Source: Piedraia hortae CBS 480.64 (taxonomy: Eukaryota). From it: DNA of 54,081 nucleotides. Positions 44,870-54,081 of the stretch are shown piece after piece. A program made the position numbers and the translations under genes. Numbering within the stretch: position 1 is the stretch's first letter; every line of letters begins with the position of its first letter. The stretch is from assembly GCA_010093745.1 (NCBI GenBank), contig MU006012.1:1-54081 (forward strand). The letters run 5' to 3'. Under the pieces are notes generated by a model. The model saw only the letters and a list, made by a program, of their open reading frames with translations. It was not told the origin of the DNA and did not search any database.

Positions 44870-47538
44870 TCAAACAACTTCTCTCCTCCTGCCCAGTCCA
44901 CTCGCAAACATGACCAATCCATCAGCGGCCGCATGTCTCCTTTGAAGCTCATCATACGACAGATCCATCTGCTTCTTCCTTCCCACCATGCCCCTCTCAA
45001 TATATCGGTGCGATGCATCTTCATCCACAAACTCAATAGAGTGGATCATAAACGACATACCGTCGTGTCTCTTTCCCCATGCCCGGGAGCGGATGTGGTG
45101 CTGTAAAGAACTGACATAGGCTTGCAGAGGGGGTAGGATGAGAATGGTGATGTGCAAGTCGCGGTTGACTGGTATCTTGAGTGGTTTCGTGGGCCTGCTG
45201 CTCACAACGCCAGATTCTTGTTCCCCGCCGTCAGCCATTTCTTCAGGGAATAGCTCCTCAAGCTGAGCATTTGTTTCCGGGCCAAAATCTCCACGGATCC
45301 ACCCCGCATGCACAGCTGCGGCCACAACGTCCGAGTCGTCTGTATAGATTTCTGTTCCCCAAATCTGGCGACTCTGGCAAATACCTGCGAGAGCGCTGGC
45401 TTCATTGCATGTCGCACTTGGACGAATGTAGTACCGTGGTACGCGAATGGTAAACACGCAGTTTTCCCGCTTCTCAAACAACGGAAGCGGCTTCATAGAG
45501 TTAAGATATTTGATCTTAGAGTCCAGTGCGAAATCAGCATTGGCGGGCCGCGACACAGTAGCCGCGTAGAGCTGTGTCCCGAGGTTTTTGCGAGGCTTGT
45601 CAGACACAGACGTCAACACTTTGGCCATGTCGACATCCATCATAGTCTTTGGTGGCGGGATTGGTGGGGCTGGGTGAGGATGGAGGTGGCCATCGGCGGC
45701 GGCATGATTGTGATGATGGTGGTGGTGATGGTGGTGGTGATGATGAGAAGGACGAGATGGGAAATTCATCACGCCAAATGTTCCCTGTTGGGGCTCTTGG
45801 TGACGATGGTGATGGTGATGGTGCAAATGGTGATGATGAGGTGGAAGAGTTCTCGATCGTTTGCCGTTACGCCGATCGGGTGTGGTGCTATCGTCCTCCT
45901 CTCGCGTAACTTGCCAGTTGCCTCTTTTGCTGCCGCGTCCCTCTTCGTCTGCCGGAGAATCGAGGCGTGGAGGTATGTTGTAGCCCTTGAACGAGTGGGC
46001 AGCGGGTAGTGGGCCGCCAACGCCGCTGCCAAGACCGGGGAACATTCGTCCGAATTCAGACGAGATCCCAGGGTTGTCATTTCCCGGCCCAACCGGTCGT
46101 GGTTGCACACCCTGGACAGCCTGGGGCAAGGGTGACTTGCGACCCTTTCGGTTTGGGCTTACATTCAATAACTGCCTGGGCTCTTTCTTCGGCTGCTCGC
46201 CAACCCGGCCATCAATTTCAGGCGGAGACGCTCGCTTCACTGGTGCGTCGTGAACATTATCCACGGGAAAGGCCCTGAACCCCCCATCCATCGCAACAGG
46301 CCCATTTTTCTCCTTTTGCGGGCTATCAAATCTGTCTCTGTGGGCAGGAGCAGCTTCATTCTTGAAGGCGGACACACTGTCTTGCTCTGGCTCTGGTGCG
46401 TTACGGGGAGGCTCAAAGTGACGAAACGGGCCGTCCTGACGATTATGCTCTGTAGGCTGACTCGTCGGGCGAATCGGTGGTGGATGGCCATTTTCCTGGC
46501 CATATTTTGGAAAATTCACAGCAGCATTTGTAGTACTGTCCTGGTTCGACCCAACGTCACGCCCTCTTGGTTGCGGCCCATATCCTCCTCTGGATGGACT
46601 CGGTTCGCGGTGACCGGTATACTCCCGTACACTAGAAGCTCGCCCTCTAGGAGGAGGAAAGGATATTTGGTTTGGCGTGGATAAGTGGCCTGCGCTCGAG
46701 ATGGAAGGCGAACGCGGCGCTTTCACATCTTCATTGCTACCAAGTATCGAGGAGATGGACATACCCGCGCTGCTCCTATGATTCGACAAGCTCGCTAGCT
46801 CATGGACACCGGAGAATGGGGATATCGTTGGCGGCCCAAGCGGGGCAGTAGAGAGATGGTTCACATGAGGTGGCTGCGACGTTGGCGGAGGCGGCATACT
46901 GCGCGGGAAATTGAGCGGCGGCAGGGGAGGGAGCATTGGCTGGGAATCAAAGGTACCTGTGAGTTTAAAGGTCAGCAAGGCCTCCTCAGCGCTCCGCGCT
47001 GCACTTACCCCTGGCATAATGGACTGGGCTCGTAGCTCCGCTCATGGATCGTCGTCGCTGGTGATCGGCCGAAAACAAGGAAGGCGCAGAAACCTGTGGC
47101 GGTGGAAGCATAGGCAGTCGCTGAGGGGATGGGAGCGAGGCCGACTGAGGGCGATGGGCGCGTTCTGTCGCAAGTCAGTTGAAACGGGTTCCCAATCGAG
47201 CTAGCGTCAGGTAGGTGCGGGGTGACGTTGGGAAGCTTGGTTAGCGCGAACCTGACGGGACCCTCGACAGGGACCCATCTGTCCAGCCGACAGCGAGACA
47301 CTTGCTGGCACCCTTCCCATTCCCAGGCTTGGTAAAACATACCTGGCGTCGATACCCATGGTCGAGGCGGCCCTAGACTCGCCCTCCTCTCGTGTGCTGC
47401 CAAGGACTGTCTCGGAGCGTGGATGGGGTCTGAGGAAGCCAACGAATGGCCGATGGGCGGTTGCGCAAAGGGTGGAGCATGTGCAGTCGGACGAGACGGG
47501 GCGTAATCGAATGTGGGTTCATATGCTTGGTGGGCCAT
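44870..47538 (-). CDS. RXT3: Rpd3L histone deacetylase complex subunit Rxt3
   Basis: Motifs IWGTEIYTDDSDVVAAAVHAGW, DLHITILILPPL and RSRAWGKRHDGMSF, plus His tracts. The model extends 5' of the listed ORF: exons 47343-47538, 47009-47164 and 44870-46956, with phase-1 introns at 47165-47342 and 46957-47008. Confidence 0.88.
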
Positions 47539-48054
47539 TGAAAGTCGTTTGCTGACTACACCGAAGCAAGACGAACAACTGTTACGACGGTCGCATGGGG
47601 CGGAGGACAAAAGTCAACAAGCTGTTGGGGTAATTGATTAGGAAGAAAAAGAGGAAGCCAGACCGGGCCACAACGGGAAACGCTAATCCAACGCCTGTGA
47701 CCTACACGTGATGATGTGCGCTAAAACCGTCGATCCCAGATTTGGGGATCGCACTCCCGCCCCACCCACTTTCCCCCCCTCTCCCCCACTTTTGCCAAGC
47801 CTGCAGAGAGCTGTCACTGCGTCAAAAGCATCTAGAACGGTAGCACAAATGTAACCGTGAAAAGTAGATTGCACAGTAAATCGCCGTCTTTTGTCCCTTG
47901 GATTATCAGTTCGATATGGTCCATCCACAATCATTGTAACACATGGCTCTCATAGCAAAAGCACACATATCAACCCCACTTCATCTCGCGGGCATTTGCA
48001 TGAATCTAAAGTGAAAATATTCCAGGCTCGGATCCTTCCCGCCCAACCAGAACA

Positions 48055-49227
48055 ATGACCACACCGGTAAAAGCCACGTTTACACAGCGGGCCTGCATTT
48101 CGTTTTGGCTCTTTGGCTTGATCAACAACTTATTCTACGTAATAATTCTCTCAGCTGCTCTCGATCTTGTGGGACCCAGCATTCCCAAAGGGACGGTTCT
48201 CTTAGCCTCCATCATCCCGTCTCTTGCAACAAAATCCCTAGTCCCATATGTTATACACGTTGCTCCCTATGGGTTCCGCATCCTTGTCCTTGCCTTGCTC
48301 TCGGTCGGGGGGATGCTTATGGTGACGATGGCAAGTCCCAAAGCCGTAGCCGTAGGCATCGTCCTAGCCAATCTCAGCGCCGGAGCAGGAGAGGTACACT
48401 TCTTATCGCTAACACATTTCTATGGCCCTCTCTCGCTGGCGGCTTGGGGCAGTGGCACCGGTGCTGCCGGACTCGTTGGCGCTGGCGCGTACGCCCTCGC
48501 TACGAATGTTTTACACATGAGAGTGAGGACGATCTTGTTGCTCAGCACACTTGCACCGGTGGTTATGGTGTTGATTTACTTTTCGACCCTGCCATTAGAA
48601 CCGCTCGCCAGAGAAGGCGGTGGCCATGCGGCAGAACGGGAGGGCCTACTCGCTCAGACGTCCGAGTCTCAAAGCCTCGGTGCTAAGCTACGCAGTGCCA
48701 GAGCGTTGATCTGGCCGTACATGTTGCCACTTTTCTTGGTCTATGTCGCAGAGTACACGATTAACCAAGGCGTGACACCGACTCTGCTCTTTCCATTGGA
48801 AGACACACCTTTTAAGCACTATCGAGCTTTCTATCCGACGTATGGTGCTATATACCAGCTTGGAGTCTTCATCTCCCGCTCGTCGCTGCCTTTTGTAAGG
48901 GTCAGGACGCTTTACGCCCCGTCATTGCTGCAGGTTGGTAATCTCGGTTTGCTGATAATGCAGTCGCTCTACATGTTTATTCCCAACTTATGGATTGTGT
49001 TTTTGATAATCTTCTGGGAAGGGTTGTTGGGTGGATTGGTCTATGTCAGCACGTTCGCTGCAATACGGGAAGAGATGCCTGCAAAGGACAGGGAGTTTAG
49101 CTTGGGAGTAACGTCGGTTGGCGATAGCTTGGGTATCACTGTGGCTGGATTTCTCAGCGTGGTCGTGGAGAAGACGCTTTGCTTATGGCAGGTTCGACAT
49201 GGTATCGATTGGTGCACGAGATTATGA
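48055..49227 (+). CDS. BTN1: Battenin/CLN3 family vacuolar membrane protein
   Basis: Motifs FWLFGLINNLFYVIILSAALDLVG, WGSGTGAAGLVG, YVAEYTINQGV, YQLGVFISRSS and WEGLLGGLVYV. Confidence 0.93.
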   Translation: MTTPVKATFTQRACISFWLFGLINNLFYVIILSAALDLVGPSIPKGTVLLASIIPSLATKSLVPYVIHVAPYGFRILVLALLSVGGMLMVTMASPKAVAVGIVLANLSAGAGEVHFLSLTHFYGPLSLAAWGSGTGAAGLVGAGAYALATNVLHMRVRTILLLSTLAPVVMVLIYFSTLPLEPLAREGGGHAAEREGLLAQTSESQSLGAKLRSARALIWPYMLPLFLVYVAEYTINQGVTPTLLFPLEDTPFKHYRAFYPTYGAIYQLGVFISRSSLPFVRVRTLYAPSLLQVGNLGLLIMQSLYMFIPNLWIVFLIIFWEGLLGGLVYVSTFAAIREEMPAKDREFSLGVTSVGDSLGITVAGFLSVVVEKTLCLWQVRHGIDWCTRL

Positions 49228-49700
49228 TTGACCGAATCTCATGGTGCACAAGTCGATGAACTCCTTCATGCCGTCTGCCAGCTTCTTGTCTATGTTGGTC
49301 CTCATATCTTTGATCTTTTCTAATGCTTCAATCTCGCCTTTCGCCTTGGTCCAGGGTTGTTTGGCACATGGATATGGTTCCGGTTCAAGCGTGTGTGCGT
49401 AGATGAGTTGTAACTGCGCCCTTAATATGGGATATCGCACGAACAGGCGCTTGAATTCGGGGTCGTTCTCAAAACCTTTGAATCCGACTCTCGGTACTTG
49501 GGCAGCTTGTGGTTTTTCAACTGTCTTCTCCGTTCTGACCTCGCCTGCATGTTGTGGCTTGTGGATTTTGTAACAATCCAGACAACAACTGCGCGATCAG
49601 AATAAACCGCCACAAACGACAAGAATACTTACTATCGAAGCTCACAAACAGGGCATTTGTACCTCGACTCCTTGTCGTGGCAGACTTGGCAATACAGCAT
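49222..49700 (-). CDS. zf-HIT zinc-finger protein (Hit1/ZNHIT3-like, 144 aa)
   Basis: MLYCQVCHDKESRYKCPVCELRY|CCLDCYKIH spans intron 49589-49632 (44 nt). Exon 2 runs in frame into the 49222-49440 ORF. Confidence 0.85.
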
Positions 49701-49748
49701 TGTGCGAGTTGTTTGGCGGAAGAAGTTGCAGTCATCACACCACAAAAC

Positions 49749-50503
49749 ATGTCAATTAGATCACTCGCTCGAGTACTCAGAACAGGACAACAATGGCGAA
49801 GCATTCAAACGCGCGCAATGCCGAACATGCAACAAATGGGACACCGACTGGATAAGCGCAACCAGAACGTACTCTACTACACGTTATCAATCATCATCGG
49901 CACCCTGGCTGTATCATACGGCTCCGTCCCTCTGTACAAAACAATATGTCAGCAAACCGGCTGGGGAGGGCAGCCCGTGCGATCCGCGGCGCATGGCGGC
50001 GATCTAACCAACGAGGAGACGATTGCGCAGAAACTGACGCCTGTTACCAACGTGCCGCGTCTGCGCATCACATTTGCGGGATCCACATCCGACGTTCTGC
50101 CCTGGAAATTTACACCGCAACAGAAAGAAGTGCGCGTGTTGCCAGGCGAGACTGCGCTGGCATTCTACACGGCGACGAATCTCAGCCAGGACGAGGACAT
50201 CATTGGCGTGGCCACGTATAGCGTCACGCCGGCTCAGGTGGCGCCATATTTTAGCAAGATTCAGTGCTTTTGCTTTGAAGAGCAGAGGCTCAACAAGGGA
50301 GAGACGGTCGATATGCCCGTCTTTTTCTACATTGATCCGGACTTTCTCAACGATGTCAACATGAAGGGGATTGATACCATCACCTTGAACTACACTTTCT
50401 TCAGTAAGTTTGATGTATCTGTGAGTGTTTTAGAGGCTTATTTCGGTCAGAGGCCAGATACGACAAGGATGGCCACCTCAAGCCCGTCCCGATGCCATAT
50501 TAG
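49749..50503 (+). CDS. COX11: Cytochrome c oxidase copper chaperone Cox11
   Basis: Motifs YGSVPLYKTICQQTGWGG, PGETALAFY and YFSKIQCFCFEEQRL. Intron 50404-50450 is followed by KARYDKDGHLKPVPMPY*. Confidence 0.96.
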
Positions 50504-50853
50504 AAGTCATTTCCCGGCGTTGGAATGCACTTGTACTCTTACCCAGATCCTTACTATTAATGTACAAACACTTGCAAACACCATCCTCACCCAATGGGTG
50601 TCCACAGTGGACACTTCCTCTCGTTACCAGCTGTTCCTCACCGATGCTGTAGTCGTCGCTCTGGGTGAGATAATATGACATTGACAAAACGGTTGAGATC
50701 AGAGGGGAACAAGGTATCATCCACGTTCATGCCCATCTTGCTCTGTGCATCCGATACTAATGCCCATCGAACGAGTTTCACAGCTGCCCCACCACATTAG
50801 GGTTCACATCGTGTCCGCATCCACTGACCAGCACACCAAAAGTCCATCCAAGC

Positions 50854-51693
50854 ATGCGTCTCTTCCTTCTTTTACCGGCCCTGGCTCTAGCCGAGCAAAT
50901 CCCCCTCATCGATCAAGTTAAAGGCTGGTTCTCTCTATCCAAACCCTCCGAATCCACAACGTCTTCCGAAGCTCCCGAGCACATTCTCTCAGGCAGCGGA
51001 ATCACCTCCCTAAACGTCCACAGACTAACCCTAGAAAACTACAACGAGCTCCTACGGCCACAATCCGAGCCGGACGAGTTTGCCAAGCCTACAGAAGGTA
51101 TCAAAGAATGGGTAATCTACACTACTGGCGGGAACAAGACATGCTACGGCAGATGCGGCCACGCGGACCAGAGCTGGAATGATGCCGTCCCTCTTCTTTC
51201 TGCGAATGAAGCTTTGAATCTTGGTATGTTGGATTGTGAGGATCAAGACACGCTCTGCAATGCGTGGATGTTGGCTCCCCCGCAACTCATGCATATGAGT
51301 GGTGATGATGTCAGGTTCATTTCCGTGAACAAAACGACTGTTACCCCCAGCGAGATTGCTCGGCTCTTTTTGGAGGGTGGGTATAAGGAAACGGAGCCGT
51401 ATCAAGGGGCTTTCCACCCGTGGAACGGTTTTCTAGTTAAGAATGGTCTTGCGATTCCGTTTGGGAAGTTCATGACGTATATTGCAATGGTGCCGTCTTG
51501 GGCTATGATGCTTGGCGTTTCAATGCTTAGTCGGACTTTTATGTAAGTGTTGCCGTCTCGGTCTTTAGTAGGTTTGGCTAATGGCTATAGGGGCAGGAAC
51601 ATGCGTCGGGCTGGAGCCGGACAGGCGGCTGCGAGGCGTCAGAACCAGCAAATTCCTGCTGCTGCTGCTGCTGCTGCTGCTGCGAGGCGGTAG
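50854..51693 (+). CDS. Signal-peptide-bearing thioredoxin-fold-like membrane protein
   Basis: Signal peptide MRLFLLLPALALA, motifs TGGNKTCYGRC and LDCEDQDTLCNAW, and a C-terminal hydrophobic segment. Intron 51543-51590; the last exon has a GCT-repeat poly-Ala. Confidence 0.7.
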
Positions 51694-51770
51694 GTGGCCA
51701 TACCCAAAAGTATATATATGGTGTAAGTTTACCGTGTGGAAACTATTTGCGTGCCCTGCGTTGGATTTCT

Positions 51771-52550
51771 TCATTTCTGATCAGGAAACAATTGTAAAGC
51801 TCCGACCTCTTTATACCTCACCACACCAGATTCATCTTCCTTGGCACCCATCTCACAGATGACAAGTTTATCGAGCAAAACGTCCTTTGCCCAAACCTGA
51901 TCTCCAAACTTTTCAACAAACGGAGTGGCGTCAAACTTGAGGGGACCTTTGCGCCCTTTTCCTCTATTGCTTTTTGCGTATATTGTGTTCAGCAGCGTGG
52001 CGTGGAGGAGTAAATCTTTTGATTTCCTCTTACTTTTCCGCTGTGGCTTTGCTCCTACAGCCGACCCTCCTCCAGCTTTCCCATCCGGTTCCGACTCCCC
52101 TCCACCTTCCAACTTTCTCCTCTCTTCTTTTGCCTCTTCCTGCCCAACTGGGTCGACGAAACCTTTTTCCCTGAAGATCTTGAGAACATCCTCCGCAAAG
52201 GATCTAACCTCGCCATCCTCAAAAGGGTAAGCATACAACACTGAGGTCGTCGTCCTTGACTGCAAAGGTTTCATCCCCACAAGTTCAATTTTGAGGTTAT
52301 TACGCTTCAGAAGCTCAGAAGGTTTCAACTCTTGGAGTAATGCCACGGCGGAAGAGAGCTGGACTTGAGAGAGGGACATTACCGCCAGTGTGAAGTGGAG
52401 GGTGTGTAATGGACGGAGGGCTTTGGTCAGAGTGTCGGCTTCACGGTGGGAAGAGATCGTAGAATGGAGATGAGCGAGGGATTGGATGAGCTGTTGCTTG
52501 GACGAAGGGTTGACGAGCGGTAGGGCGAGAAAGTGGGTCAGTTGTGGCAT
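51771..52550 (-). CDS. AKAP7/ASCC1-like 2H phosphoesterase domain protein
   Basis: LTHFLALPL and two HxT motifs (LHFTL, LHATL). ATG at 52550. Confidence 0.8.
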   Translation of the reverse strand: MPQLTHFLALPLVNPSSKQQLIQSLAHLHSTISSHREADTLTKALRPLHTLHFTLAVMSLSQVQLSSAVALLQELKPSELLKRNNLKIELVGMKPLQSRTTTSVLYAYPFEDGEVRSFAEDVLKIFREKGFVDPVGQEEAKEERRKLEGGGESEPDGKAGGGSAVGAKPQRKSKRKSKDLLLHATLLNTIYAKSNRGKGRKGPLKFDATPFVEKFGDQVWAKDVLLDKLVICEMGAKEDESGVVRYKEVGALQLFPDQK

Positions 52551-52693
52551 GGCTGGTCCAACGGTCGATGGATGGAAGCTCAGATGGATGTGATGAATGG
52601 GACATGTGACGGATGTGAACTGACCCCGCCCTACGTCATCGGTATTTGCTCGACCTCCAGAAAACCTTCCAGCCTGTACAGACACAAGACGTT

Positions 52694-53458
52694 ATGTCAG
52701 AAGCAGAGACTCCCACGCAGAAGCAAGCCCGGCTGCGGCGGGAGAAGCGAGCGAAGAAGATGGCGGAACAGGGAAGTGACCGACTGGCGCGAATTAAAGC
52801 GCTGAATGGCGGAAACGTGCCTCCAGAAGAGATTCTCAACTCAGCGGACCCGGAGGAGGCTGATATCGAGACGATTGCACGAGCGGACATACCTCAAGGA
52901 CGTCCATGGCCCGGCCAAGCTCCAGCAGCGGTGCAAGATGACGATCCAATGGTCAAGATGATGCAGCAGTTGACGGGCATGATGGGAGGAGGAGCGCCAG
53001 GCGGACAGCAACAGCAACAGGACGTTCCGCCGCTCCTAGAAGCGATGATGAAAGGCGAGGCAAAGCAAGATGAAGCAAATGTGCCCAAGTCACAGAGCGC
53101 GAATCTCTGGCGCATCACACACGCAATCTTCGCCATCACGCTGGGGATCTACATTGCCCTCACCACATCATTCACCGGGAGTGCACTGGCACGGACTGCG
53201 CAGAGCGATACGATGAGCATCTTCCCAATCTTCGCAACTGCAGAGCTTCTGCTTCAAGGGACGCGGTACTTTCTCGAAGGAGGACGGCTTCAAGGCGGCG
53301 GGATGCTAGCCATGGCGGCCAACAGCGGTATCATCCCGCCGCCATACTCGAACTATCTTTCCATTGCAGGACGCTATACCGCCATCTTCCAAACCCTCGC
53401 CAGCGACGTCCTAGTCCTAGTGTTCATCCTCGGAGTAATGAGTTGGTGGAACCAATAG
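52694..53458 (+). CDS. GET2: GET complex subunit Get2-like
   Basis: N-terminal QARLRREKR..GSDRLARI motif and three C-terminal hydrophobic segments. Confidence 0.75.
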   Translation: MSEAETPTQKQARLRREKRAKKMAEQGSDRLARIKALNGGNVPPEEILNSADPEEADIETIARADIPQGRPWPGQAPAAVQDDDPMVKMMQQLTGMMGGGAPGGQQQQQDVPPLLEAMMKGEAKQDEANVPKSQSANLWRITHAIFAITLGIYIALTTSFTGSALARTAQSDTMSIFPIFATAELLLQGTRYFLEGGRLQGGGMLAMAANSGIIPPPYSNYLSIAGRYTAIFQTLASDVLVLVFILGVMSWWNQ

Positions 53459-54001
53459 TTATACAGATAATTCCTTTTCCCGCTTCAGCAAAGCCTTATG
53501 TGCCGAGCTTTTTGCCCTCACACGTTCCGCGTCAGCAGCAAGTTGCTCGATATTCCGCATCTCTGCCTTGTCCTCTTCCGTTGCCTCAACCTCAAACGCA
53601 GAGGGAACCCTCTTCATCACCTCGCCCATAATCTCCTTATTGTTCAACCCCGTCATCCGTATCGTATCCACCTTTTCTTCATCCCAGTGAATCGACAACA
53701 TCGCGTCGTCTTGTCCATTGACAGCCGTCCGATCCACCGTCATCGCCACCCCAGGATTATGATACTTCAACCGCCGCAGCTCCTGTCTCCAGAACTTTCT
53801 GTCCATGAAATCAGCCACAGCGTCCCTCCCACAAAGCCGTCCATACCTAGGACCCATATGCCCCCCCTCAATTCTCGGCGCAAAGCGGAGATGAATCCTC
53901 TGCACATCCTTAGGCAGCACGACCGCACCCGAGCCCAGTCTTAAATCCAGCAGCCTCCCCGCGAGCTTGCGCATCCGCGCGTGCACAGAATGCGAGACCA
54001 T
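53459..54001 (-). CDS. MRP49: Mitochondrial large-subunit ribosomal protein Mrp49/mL61
   Basis: LRLGSGAVVLP..GHMGPR|KFWRQELRRLKYHNPGV, with an in-frame 48-nt intron at 53799-53846. Confidence 0.85.
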   Translation of the reverse strand: MVSHSVHARMRKLAGRLLDLRLGSGAVVLPKDVQRIHLRFAPRIEGGHMGPRYGRLCGRDAVADFMDRKFWRQELRRLKYHNPGVAMTVDRTAVNGQDDAMLSIHWDEEKVDTIRMTGLNNKEIMGEVMKRVPSAFEVEATEEDKAEMRNIEQLAADAERVRAKSSAHKALLKREKELSV

Positions 54002-54081
54002 CACTACTGCTCATCCAAAAAAACTCCCCGCCGGGATAAAGTGTTGTGAATATGCGGTATATTACGCGCATTATTAGTAAC

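Noticed and set aside
49554..50678. 374-aa ORF as an extended Cox11
   Set aside because: The extra ends are the antisense of the zf-HIT gene and read-through of the 50404-50450 intron.

Overview
Filamentous-ascomycete (Pezizomycotina) genomic DNA, judged from the gene content and from GT..AG introns with CTRAC-type branch sites. Gene packing is very tight: 16 of 17 inferred host-gene introns are 43-52 nt, and several convergent CDSs abut or overlap. About 25 protein genes are present, including CPA2, a hexose transporter, SSB-type Hsp70, BNA1, NOP14, OSM1-like, CDC26-like, OPA3-like, MPH1, LSD1-like, MEX67-like, RGP1, RRG9, RXT3, BTN1, zf-HIT, COX11, a 2H-phosphoesterase, GET2-like and MRP49. 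Four non-genic blocks (about 1.2-5.5, 9.3-11.2, 13.1-15.0 and 31.2-37.4 kb) hold decayed transposon relics: Copia, two Gypsy, two Mutator, one Helitron and a TIR-bounded MITE-like element. There is one 120-N assembly gap. I found no new multi-gene system that I can support. The strongest oddities are altered core genes: (1) an SSB Hsp70 whose NBD lobe-II segment reads like cytosolic SSA (apparent chimera), (2) a MEX67/NXF1-like gene lacking the whole NTF2-like domain, (3) an adjacent LSD1-like demethylase with Gln at the catalytic Lys position, and (4) a BNA1 with a mitochondrial-type presequence. All family assignments come from recalled motifs, not from database searches.
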